Source of the DNA: an uncultured Thermoleophilia bacterium
Lineage (GTDB): Bacteria > Actinomycetota > Thermoleophilia > UBA2241
Length of the DNA stretch: 64,000 nt
Assembly: GCA_963735345.1 (NCBI GenBank)
Contig: CAVTKL010000008.1
Location: 3,283 to 67,282 of the forward strand
Reading direction: 5' to 3'
In this document: positions 56,896 to 64,000 of the stretch, piece by piece
Numbering within the stretch: position 1 is the first letter of the stretch
How the letters are laid out: every line of letters begins with the position of its first letter
Made by a program: the position numbers and the translations under genes
The notes under the pieces: generated by a model
Databases searched by the model: none
What the model was told of the DNA's origin: nothing
The model's input: only the letters and a program-made list of their open reading frames with translations

Positions 56896-57432
56896 ATGCC
56901 GCGCCCGCCGATTGAACGCGCCGTGGGCGGCGTGCCGCGGGTGACGCTGTTCAAACCGGCCGGCGTGCCTGGCCGTGATCTCGAGCAGTTGTCCCTAGCC
57001 GTCGACGAACTCGAAGCGATCCGTCTCGTGGATCTGGAGGGCTTGAGTCACGAGCAGGCGGCAGCCGCCATGGGTGTGTCGCGGCAGACGATCGGTCGCG
57101 TCTTGGAACGGGGAAGAGCCAAAGTCGCGGAGGCGCTGGTGGGGGGCAAGGCGATCCTCATCGGCGGCGGTCAGTACCGAGTCGAGCCGCGGCAGCTCTG
57201 TTGCGCCGCGTGCGGGGCGATTTGGGCGGCCGTGCCGGACGCGGATCTCCCCGCCGAGTGTCCCACGTGCGGGTCGGCCGATCTGGGAACCTGCTGGGAT
57301 CCGGCCGGGCGCTGCGGGAGAGGTCACGGGGGCCAAGGCGGCGGGGGCCGGGGCTGCGGCGCCGGCGGCGCCGAGTCTGCCGGCCCCGGCTGTCAGGGGC
57401 GCGGCAACAGAAGGGGGCGCGGCAGGCCGTGA
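56896..57432 (+). CDS. DUF134 (UPF0251) putative DNA-binding protein with C-terminal zinc ribbon and Gly/Arg-rich tail
   Basis: MPRPPIERAV...FKPAGVP...DELEAIRLVDLEGLSHEQAAAAMGVSRQTIGRVLERGRAKVAEAL. Then CCAACG...CPTCG, and the tail GRGHGGQGGGGRGCGAGG...RGNRRGRGRP. Confidence 0.82.
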   Translation: MPRPPIERAVGGVPRVTLFKPAGVPGRDLEQLSLAVDELEAIRLVDLEGLSHEQAAAAMGVSRQTIGRVLERGRAKVAEALVGGKAILIGGGQYRVEPRQLCCAACGAIWAAVPDADLPAECPTCGSADLGTCWDPAGRCGRGHGGQGGGGRGCGAGGAESAGPGCQGRGNRRGRGRP

Positions 57433-57495
57433 GGCGCGCCGCGACCCGCATCCACACAGTATCGATCGATTGACCAGGAACGGAGTCTGATCTGC

Positions 57496-57879
57496 ATGAG
57501 TGATCCAACAGGAACGACCGTACGGATAGCGATCCCCTCAGAAGCTCCCGGTGGCCTCACGGCGCGGCGGTCCGGGCACTTCGGACGCTGCGAGTGCTTC
57601 ACCGTCGTCGAAATGCTCGACGGTGTCATGGTGAGCGTCGAGGTCGTGCACAACGCGCCGCACGAAGAGGGCGGCTGTATGCGCCCGGTGCTGATGCTCG
57701 CCGAGCACAACGTGACCGCGATCGTCGTCGACGGTATCGGCGGCCGCCCGCTGATGGGCTTCAACCAGGTCGGCATCGAGGTCCTTGCCGGGACGGGCGC
57801 GGACGTCGAGACGGCCGTGGCAGCCTACATCGAGGGCATCCTGCCGGTCGTCGGGCTCGAAGGGGCCTGCCAGCACTGA
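57496..57879 (+). CDS. NifB/NifX-family (dinitrogenase FeMo-cofactor-binding fold) protein
   Basis: RIAIPSE...SGHFGRCECFTVVEM...AIVVDGIGGRPLMGFNQVGIEVL. Confidence 0.85.
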   Translation: MSDPTGTTVRIAIPSEAPGGLTARRSGHFGRCECFTVVEMLDGVMVSVEVVHNAPHEEGGCMRPVLMLAEHNVTAIVVDGIGGRPLMGFNQVGIEVLAGTGADVETAVAAYIEGILPVVGLEGACQH

Positions 57880-57906
57880 GGCCGCGTCATCCCAGACCGC
57901 GCGGTA

Positions 57907-58770
57907 TCAGCCGCGCGGTTTGGTCGCGCGAACGAACCCGCTGACGAGCTGCACGCCGTCGGGCATGGGCGGCGCTCCGCACATCGAGTTCGCCGCAGAG
58001 CCGTCGTAGACGTTGGTCACCTCGACGCTGGGGTCGGCGAAGCCTGCCCGGCGCAGCCGCTCGAGGAAGTCCTGCTCCTCGAGGGCGCCGGAGATGCAGG
58101 CCGACCAAGCTTCGATATCGTGCATCAGTTCGTCCGGCACCAGGCTCAGGTCGCCGCGGAAGAGGATGTCGCTGATCGCAAACCGGCCGCCCGGCTTGAG
58201 GACGCGGAAGGCCTCGGCCAGGGCGCGGTCCTTGTCGGTGGACAGGTTGACCACGCAGTTGCTGATGATCACGTCGACCGAGGCGGTCGGCAGTGGGATG
58301 CTCTCGATCTCGCCCTTGAGGAACTCGACGTTGTCGACCCCGGCCGTGCGCTGGTTGTCGCGCGCCAGGGCGAGCATCTCGTCGGTCATGTCGATGCCGT
58401 AGGCCTTGCCGGTGGGGCCGACGCGACGAGCCGAGAGCAGCACGTCGATGCCGCCGCCGCTGCCCAGGTCGAGTACGACCTCGCCGGGGCGCAGGTCGGC
58501 GAGTGCGGTGGGGTTGCCGCAGCCGAGACTGGCGAGGACGGCCGCGGCGGGCAGCTCCCTGGTCTCGTCGACCGCGTAGAGGCCTTGGGCGATCTCATCT
58601 TGGGGGATGACCGGCGCGGCGGGTGCGCAACTGCAGCCGCAGCCGCACGACTGGGGCTGGCTCGCCGCCACGGCGCGTTCGGCGTAGTGCTCGCGGATGC
58701 GGGTCTTGAGGTCCGTGTCGTTCGGCAACTGCTCCATGACATCCCTTCTCGTGGTCAAATCAAAGGCCAT
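57907..58770 (-). CDS. arsM: Arsenite S-adenosylmethionine methyltransferase
   Basis: REHYAERA, Cys-rich [19 protein letters not shown] motif [19 protein letters not shown]. The start may be the downstream Met (MEQLPND). Confidence 0.9.
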   Translation of the reverse strand: MAFDLTTRRDVMEQLPNDTDLKTRIREHYAERAVAASQPQSCGCGCSCAPAAPVIPQDEIAQGLYAVDETRELPAAAVLASLGCGNPTALADLRPGEVVLDLGSGGGIDVLLSARRVGPTGKAYGIDMTDEMLALARDNQRTAGVDNVEFLKGEIESIPLPTASVDVIISNCVVNLSTDKDRALAEAFRVLKPGGRFAISDILFRGDLSLVPDELMHDIEAWSACISGALEEQDFLERLRRAGFADPSVEVTNVYDGSAANSMCGAPPMPDGVQLVSGFVRATKPRG

Positions 58771-58843
58771 GCATGCGATGATACAGTGACGAAAGTTGAT
58801 GTCAACCCCAAATCAAAGGAAGTTGTGGTATCGTCGTGCGGCG

Positions 58844-59248
58844 ATGGATGAGACGGCTTGCAGCGATACGAGAGACAGGGCGGCGCAGAAATGCTGCCCC
58901 GCGCCCGAGGAGGCCTCAGTGCTGCGCCTGGCGCTCATCGCCAAGGCCTTGAGCGATCCGATCCGACTCGGGATGCTCGACCTCATGGCTCAGGGACGCT
59001 CCTGCTGCGGCCTGCCTGACCCGGCGGAGCGGGGAGTGCCCGGCGCCGAGGGGCCGAGCGGCATCTGCGTCTGCGAGTTCCAGGAGCACTTCGGCATCGG
59101 CCAATCCAAGGTCTCGTATCACCTGCGCGTGCTCAAGGAAGCCGGCCTTGTCAGCGAGGAGACGCGCGGCAAATGGAACTTCTACGCCGTTGAGCGTGAA
59201 GTGGCGGCCGACGCGCTCCAGACGTTGCACGCGATCCTGCGCGTCTGA
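58844..59248 (+). CDS. arsR: ArsR/SmtB-family regulator (second copy) with extra Cys pairs
   Basis: KALSDPIRLGMLDLM...CVCEF...VSYHLRVLKEAGLV. Additional CC pairs (KCCPAP, SCCGLP). Confidence 0.85.
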   Translation: MDETACSDTRDRAAQKCCPAPEEASVLRLALIAKALSDPIRLGMLDLMAQGRSCCGLPDPAERGVPGAEGPSGICVCEFQEHFGIGQSKVSYHLRVLKEAGLVSEETRGKWNFYAVEREVAADALQTLHAILRV

Positions 59249-59362
59249 GTGCTCCGTCGCTCCTTCCCGCCTGCCGTGTCGCGGATCCAGCGTGGGCAGG
59301 TCTGCGTCCGGCGGCAAACGGGTAGCGTTCCGGGCAGTCGGAGGGATTCCCGGGGAGGCGCC

Positions 59363-60691
59363 ATGACGGATGTGGACGTGCTGGTGATCGGAACGGGCGC
59401 CGCCGCGCAGAACGTGGTTTCGCGCTGCGCCGCCGCGGGGCTGAGCGTGGCTGTGGTCGACAGACTGCCGTATGGCGGCACGTGCGCACGCCGCGGCTGC
59501 AACCCCAAGAAAGTGCTGTTGGCGGCCGCCGAAGCCGTGGCCCGCGGCGAGATGCTGGCGGGCGCCGGTCTGCGCGATGGCGTCGCCATCGATTGGCCGG
59601 CGCTCATGGCCCGCAAGCGCTCCTTCGTTGATCCGGTGGCCGAACGCATCGAGGCCTGGCTGGGCGGCGCCGGCGCGCAAACGCTCCACGGCGAGGCGCG
59701 GGTGGTGGGCGCCGACGAAGTGGAGGTCGGCGGTCGGCGCCTGAAGGCCGCGCACATCGTCGTCGCGACGGGTGCCCGACCGATGGCCCTGGGCATCGAG
59801 GGCGAGGACCTCGTCACCATCAGCGACGACTTCCTCGAACTCGACGATCTGCCGCCGCGCGTGGTGTTCATCGGCGGCGGCTACATCTCGTTCGAGTTCG
59901 CCGGGCTCGCCCGCCGCGCCGGCGCCGAGGTGACGATCGTGCATCGATCGGCGCGCGTGCTCAAGGGCTTCGACGCCGAGCTCGCGGCGGCGCTGGTCGC
60001 GCGTTACCGTGAGCTCGGCATCCGGGTCCTCACCGACGCGCCCGTCACCCGCGTGCGCCGTGAGGGGCAGGCATTCGTCGTGGAGAGCGCGGCCGGCGCG
60101 ATCGTCGCCGACCTCGTCGTGCACGGCGCCGGGCGCGTCGCGGATATCGACCGGCTCGGCCTCGAGAACGCCGGCGTGACGTTCGGCCGCCACGGCGTGC
60201 TGGTGGACGACCATCTGCGCAGCGTCAGCAACCCGCGCTTCTGGGCGGCCGGCGACGCCGCCGCCCTCGGCGCGCCGCTCACACCCATCGCCTCCCGCCA
60301 GGGCAGCATCGTCGCGGCCGGCATCCTCGGCGAGGAGGCCAGCTTCGACGGCCGCGCGACTCCGAGCGTGGTCTTCAGCGACCCGCCGCTGGCGGCCGTC
60401 GGGATGCGCGCCGAGGAGGCTGCCGAACGTGGCGCTGCGGTGACGGTGCAGTACAGCGACATGAGTGCCTGGTTCACGCAGCGTCGGGTCGGCCAGACGC
60501 ATGCGGGCGCCAAGGTCATCAGCGATGCGGCAAGCGGCCGCGTCCTCGGGGCCCATCTGCTGGGCGTCAACGCTGAGGAGTTGATCAACGTGTTCGCTCT
60601 GGCCGTGCGGCACGGACTCACCGTCAGCGACCTGCGGGCCGTGGAGTGGGCCTACCCCACGGCCGGCTCGGACATCCCGAGCATGGTGTAG
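59363..60691 (+). CDS. Class-I pyridine nucleotide-disulfide oxidoreductase (glutathione/mycothione/mercuric-reductase-like)
   Basis: ATG 59363 after GGGGAGG. VLVIGTGAAA, redox CxxxxC in GGTCARRGCNPKK, second Rossmann FIGGGYISFEFA, dimerisation domain. Confidence 0.85.
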   Translation: MTDVDVLVIGTGAAAQNVVSRCAAAGLSVAVVDRLPYGGTCARRGCNPKKVLLAAAEAVARGEMLAGAGLRDGVAIDWPALMARKRSFVDPVAERIEAWLGGAGAQTLHGEARVVGADEVEVGGRRLKAAHIVVATGARPMALGIEGEDLVTISDDFLELDDLPPRVVFIGGGYISFEFAGLARRAGAEVTIVHRSARVLKGFDAELAAALVARYRELGIRVLTDAPVTRVRREGQAFVVESAAGAIVADLVVHGAGRVADIDRLGLENAGVTFGRHGVLVDDHLRSVSNPRFWAAGDAAALGAPLTPIASRQGSIVAAGILGEEASFDGRATPSVVFSDPPLAAVGMRAEEAAERGAAVTVQYSDMSAWFTQRRVGQTHAGAKVISDAASGRVLGAHLLGVNAEELINVFALAVRHGLTVSDLRAVEWAYPTAGSDIPSMV

Positions 60692-60716
60692 GGGATCGAC
60701 GACGCTGGGACTCGGT

Positions 60717-61060
60717 TCAGTCGCGCGTCGTGAAGGCGCACCGCAGGAGATCGTCAGATGGGATGCCGCCGGACCCGGCGGGAGGGAAGTAGGAGCGTCA
60801 GCCGAGGCCGTAGTCGGTGCGTCGCTCGGCCTCAGGCTGCACGTCGTGGCCGCGCACGCGCACACTGGGGGAGCCGACGAAACGCAAGGCTTCGGCGGCT
60901 CTCTTGGGTGTCGACGACGCGTTTCGATGAGGTCCACCCCCACCCCGAGTTCCGCTGCCACGCGGCGGACGGCGTCGCGCGCGGCCTGCCAGTTGCCGCA
61001 GCCGGAGGTGTGCAGGATCTCGACGGGGACGAGACCGGGGGCGCCTTCTGTGTGGTTCAC
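60717..61060 (-). pseudogene. Thioredoxin-fold protein coupled to pncA. It has a -1 frame break at ~60,895-60,925 and an in-frame TGA (60,798-60,800) at a Cys-type position, so it is a candidate selenoprotein or a decayed gene
   Basis: GTG 61060 overlaps the pncA stop (GTGA). Peptide: VNHTEGAPGLVPVEILHTSGCGNWQAARDAVRRVAAELGVGVDLIETR / (frame -1) TPKRAAEALRFVGSPSVRVRGHDVQPEAERRTDYGLG-TGA-RSYFPPAGSGGIPSDDLLRCAFTTRD-TGA. Confidence 0.5.
60766..60781 (-). other. Candidate bacterial SECIS hairpin (CCGCCG-GGUC-CGGCGG)
   Basis: 6-bp GC stem with a GGUC tetraloop. The stem begins 16 nt after the UGA at 60,800..60,798. Confidence 0.4.
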
Positions 61061-61629
61061 TCGGGGACATCGGCCCCGGCCTCGCGCATCGCCGCCCGGG
61101 CTTGGCGCCCGCCCTCGGGCGTCAGCGGACGGGCGCCGTCCTCGATCAGCGCGACGGCGAACCCCTCACGCCGCGCGTCCAGCACGGTGGCCAGCACGCA
61201 CACGTCCTCGGCCAATCCGCCGACCCACAGACGCGTGATGCCTCTGGATCGCAGATGGTGGGCCAGACCCGTCTCGTCGAACGCCGAGTTCTGATCCTGA
61301 TCGAAGCGCACGCCCTTACTGACGATCACGGCGGAGTCGGGCACGTCGAGAGCGGGATGAAAGCCGGCGCCATGGCTGTCCTGCAAGCAGTGCGGCGGCC
61401 AGGGTCCGCCGTTCTCCACGAAGCTGGGATGCTCCAGGGGATGCCAGTCACGCGAGACGTACACGGGCACGTCGCGCGCCAGCGCGGCGGCGATCCAGCG
61501 GTTGAGGACGGGGACCACCGCGTCACCGTTCTCGATCGCCAGGGCGCCGCCCGAACAGAAGTCGTTCTGCACGTCGATCACGAGCACGATATCGCCGGTC
61601 GCGAGTGCTTCTCGCAGATCGGTCACCAT
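61057..61629 (-). CDS. pncA: Nicotinamidase/pyrazinamidase (isochorismatase family)
   Basis: LVIDVQNDFC, VSRDWHP, catalytic Cys context GGLAEDVCVLAT. Confidence 0.9.
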   Translation of the reverse strand: MVTDLREALATGDIVLVIDVQNDFCSGGALAIENGDAVVPVLNRWIAAALARDVPVYVSRDWHPLEHPSFVENGGPWPPHCLQDSHGAGFHPALDVPDSAVIVSKGVRFDQDQNSAFDETGLAHHLRSRGITRLWVGGLAEDVCVLATVLDARREGFAVALIEDGARPLTPEGGRQARAAMREAGADVPE

Positions 61630-63062
61630 GGCGCGTCACCCTGCCCTTCGTTCGCTTCGAAGTACCTATCTGCGGTCGGCATCAGCTTGGCGACCTGAGC
61701 CGCGACCTTCGCCTGCAGGTTGCCCAGCGCCGCGCTTACGTCCACGCGGTACGGCGCCTCGGGCGCGCTCAGTCCTCTGACGGCCTCAGGGAGACGAGCC
61801 GTCTGCTCGCGCGCGTACGCGCGTATGGCCGTCAGTTCGACACGCGCGGCGGGCAGGCGCTCGCCGTGCTCCATCATCTTCACGAGCAGCGGCCGGCCCG
61901 GCGACTCTTCAGAGGATCGCGCGATCACGTCGCGCACGTCCCGATCCCCCTCGGCGACACGAAAGACCTGCTTGCGGCCGGGAAGCACGGGCTTGCCCTC
62001 CGAGAGCTTGAGGCGCCCGCGCCCCGCGTATTCGCAGAGCTTGTAGGCGATATCCAGCGTGGGGGCATCGTCCGAGACGCCCATGCCGGCGCCGACGCCG
62101 AAGCCATCGATGGGCGAGCCCGCCGCCACGAGCGCCGCGATGGACGGCTCGTTCAGGCCGCCGCTGGCGAAGATCTCGACCTTCTCCAGGCCGGCGTCAT
62201 CCAGCAATCGTCGCGTCTGCCGGGACAGAGCCAGAAGGTCGCCCGAGTCGAGACGCACAGCCGCGACCTTGAAGTCGGGCCCGAGCTCACGGGCCAGCGC
62301 GATGACCTTGCGCACTCCCGCTAGCGTATCGTAGGTGTCCACCAGCAGGGTGGCCCCCGGATAGAGCCGCACAAAGGCGCGGAGGGCGTCCGCCTCGTCG
62401 TCGTGGGCCTGGATGTAGCTGTGCGCCATAGTCCCGGCGACCGGCAGGCCGTAACGCTGACCGGCAAGCATGTTGGAGGTCGCCGCGACGCCGCCGATGA
62501 AGAGGGCCCGCGCGCCCTTGAGCGCGGCGTCGATGCCGTGCATGCGGCGCGCCCCGAAGTCGACCACGGGCCGACCCGCGGCGGCCGTCACCACGCGCTG
62601 CGCCTTGGAGACGAGCAGGGTCTGCAGATGGATCTGGTTCATGACGAGGGTCTCGACGAGTTGCGCCTGGGGGAGAGGGGCGACGACCTCGAGAATCGGC
62701 TCGTCGGCGAAGAACGGCGTGCCCTCGGGGAGGGCGTACACGTCTCCCGTGAAGCGGAAATCGCTGAGCCACGAGAGAAAGCGCTCGGAGAACCTTCCCA
62801 GCGATGCGAGATAGGCGAGCGCTTCGTCGGAGAAGCGCAGGCGCTCGAGATAGTCGAGGACGGTGTCGAGGCCGCAGGCGAGCAGGTGGTTGCGGCCTTT
62901 CGGCAGACGGCGGACGAACAGGGTGAAGACCGCGTCCGCCGTCATGCCCTCTTCGAGGTAGGCCTGCGGCATGGTCAGCTCGTAGAGGTCGACGAACAGG
63001 GCGAGCTCGGCCGCCTCCGTCGCGGCTGAGGCGGCAGTATCCGACTGGCCTGGTCTGATCAT
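61623..63062 (-). CDS. pncB: Nicotinate phosphoribosyltransferase
   Basis: DLYELTMPQAYL, VDFGARRMHG, GTMAHSYIQAH, GVRLDSGDL. Overlaps the pncA start. Confidence 0.92.
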   Translation of the reverse strand: MIRPGQSDTAASAATEAAELALFVDLYELTMPQAYLEEGMTADAVFTLFVRRLPKGRNHLLACGLDTVLDYLERLRFSDEALAYLASLGRFSERFLSWLSDFRFTGDVYALPEGTPFFADEPILEVVAPLPQAQLVETLVMNQIHLQTLLVSKAQRVVTAAAGRPVVDFGARRMHGIDAALKGARALFIGGVAATSNMLAGQRYGLPVAGTMAHSYIQAHDDEADALRAFVRLYPGATLLVDTYDTLAGVRKVIALARELGPDFKVAAVRLDSGDLLALSRQTRRLLDDAGLEKVEIFASGGLNEPSIAALVAAGSPIDGFGVGAGMGVSDDAPTLDIAYKLCEYAGRGRLKLSEGKPVLPGRKQVFRVAEGDRDVRDVIARSSEESPGRPLLVKMMEHGERLPAARVELTAIRAYAREQTARLPEAVRGLSAPEAPYRVDVSAALGNLQAKVAAQVAKLMPTADRYFEANEGQGDAPW

Positions 63063-63279
63063 GCGCGCGAGCCCCTTCGATCCGCTTGGCGACGCCCTGC
63101 CGCGCCTGCGCTGCGCCGGCTTGCGGCAAGCCCATCGTCACGTCACAGTAGTGTATCGTGCGACTGAGACACGTTGCGGACCTTTCGTCTGCACACCCAG
63201 CGGACAGCGAAAGGCCGGAGCCAATGAGGCAGATGAGGACCACCGTGGAGCGCCGCGCGCCAACGACGGGCGTCGGGCA

Positions 63280-64000
63280 GTGAGCGGCGGCGACGCGGCC
63301 ACGGTGCGGGCGCAGGCGGCGCAGCGGCGCAGCTTCGCCGTCATCAGCCACCCCGACGCCGGGAAGTCCACGCTCACCGAGGCCCTGGCGCTGCATGCCC
63401 ATGTGATCGGCGAAGCCGGGGCGGTGCACGGCAAGGCCGGCCGGCGCGGTGTGACCAGCGACTGGATGGCCATGGAGCGTCAGCGCGGCATCTCGGTGAC
63501 CTCGGCCGCGCTGCAGTTCGCCTACCGCGACACCGTGCTCAATCTGCTCGACACCCCGGGGCACGCCGACTTCTCGGAGGACACCTACCGGGTGCTCTCC
63601 GCGGTGGACTGCGCGGTCATGCTGCTCGACGCCGCCAAGGGTCTGGAGCCGCAGACGCTCAAGCTCTTCGATGTCTGCCGGCACCGGCAGCTGCCGGTCA
63701 TCACCTTCATCAACAAGTGGGACCGGCCCGGTCTTGAAGCTCTCGAGCTGATGGACGAGATCGAGCAGCGGCTCGACCTTCGTCCGACGCCGATCACGTG
63801 GCCGGTGGGCATCGCCGGGCATATGCAGGGACTCATCGACCGGCGCAGCCCGGAGCAGCTGATCCGCTTCACCCGCGCCCCCGGCGGCGCCAAGGCGGCA
63901 GCCGAGCACCGGGTCTCCGTCACCGACGAGCTGGTGACGGACCTCCCCGGATGGTCCGCCGCCGTCGAGGAGCTCGACCTACTGGACGAGGTGGCCGGCG
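63280..64000 (+). CDS. prfC: Peptide chain release factor 3 (partial, continues past the right edge)
   Basis: My translation from GTG 63280: ...RRSFAVISHPDAGKSTLTEAL (G1), LLDTPGHADF (G3), FINKWDR (G4). Absent from the ORF track because there is no stop in the window. Confidence 0.88.
   Translation, partial: MSGGDAATVRAQAAQRRSFAVISHPDAGKSTLTEALALHAHVIGEAGAVHGKAGRRGVTSDWMAMERQRGISVTSAALQFAYRDTVLNLLDTPGHADFSEDTYRVLSAVDCAVMLLDAAKGLEPQTLKLFDVCRHRQLPVITFINKWDRPGLEALELMDEIEQRLDLRPTPITWPVGIAGHMQGLIDRRSPEQLIRFTRAPGGAKAAAEHRVSVTDELVTDLPGWSAAVEELDLLDEVAG

Noticed and set aside
58916-60700. Bulk of the 714-aa minus-strand ORF 58916..61060
   Set aside because: Only the first ~45 codons (the thioredoxin-fold N-terminus) look real. 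The remainder is antisense to the flavoprotein disulfide reductase and arsR2.

Overview
High-GC bacterial chromosomal window, densely coding on both strands. I can support about 60 protein genes, one tRNA-Phe, four hairpin terminators and four promoter or operator candidates. I saw no rRNA, CRISPR array, transposase or integrase. All product calls come from reading motifs in the supplied translations or my own translations; no database search was run. Many long ORFs in the track are GC-rich shadow frames antisense to real genes and were discarded.

Gene content, left to right:
- Partial [FeFe]-hydrogenase-like sensor histidine kinase
- Aminotransferase, thioesterase, rhomboid and MBL hydrolase
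- Polyphosphate block: Rrf2, Nfu, PPK1, SixA-like, CYTH-CHAD
- Acyl-CoA synthetase and CoA-transferase operon
- MTAP and K+-insensitive H+-PPase
- Small membrane peptide, APC-USP permease and two TrkA/RCK genes
- tRNA-Phe
- Minus-strand operon: secreted S8 protease, membrane PP2C, anti-sigma-type kinase, STAS
- Cell-wall amidase
- Two-gene double BadF/BcrAD-ATPase system
- ABC-F, MutY-like glycosylase, two paralogous membrane proteins, ThrC, GlpK, hemerythrin, NfnAB-like
- An 11-kb arsenic island (Trx, ArsR, ACR3, ArsP-like, ArsN2-like GNAT, ArsM, second ArsR, flavoprotein disulfide reductase) interleaved with Fe-S/Se-trafficking genes (DUF3343, PF04060-type Fe-S protein, minimal SufCB-like pair, DUF134, NifX-like)
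- pncB-pncA and partial prfC

Most interesting observations:
1. A thioredoxin-fold gene coupled to pncA has an in-frame TGA where I expect a conserved Cys, followed by a GGUC-loop hairpin. This is a candidate selenoprotein with a SECIS element.
2. The S8 protease ends in 14 perfect-period x-x-x-W-T pentads (KFKWT). Its stop overlaps the start of a partner-switching module.
3. The arsenic, Fe-S and Se genes form one mosaic island.
4. The BadF-type double ATPase has no recognisable dehydratase partner.
5. Five reading-frame breaks occur in otherwise intact-looking genes, three of them inside the arsenic island. These are either assembly indels or ongoing gene decay.
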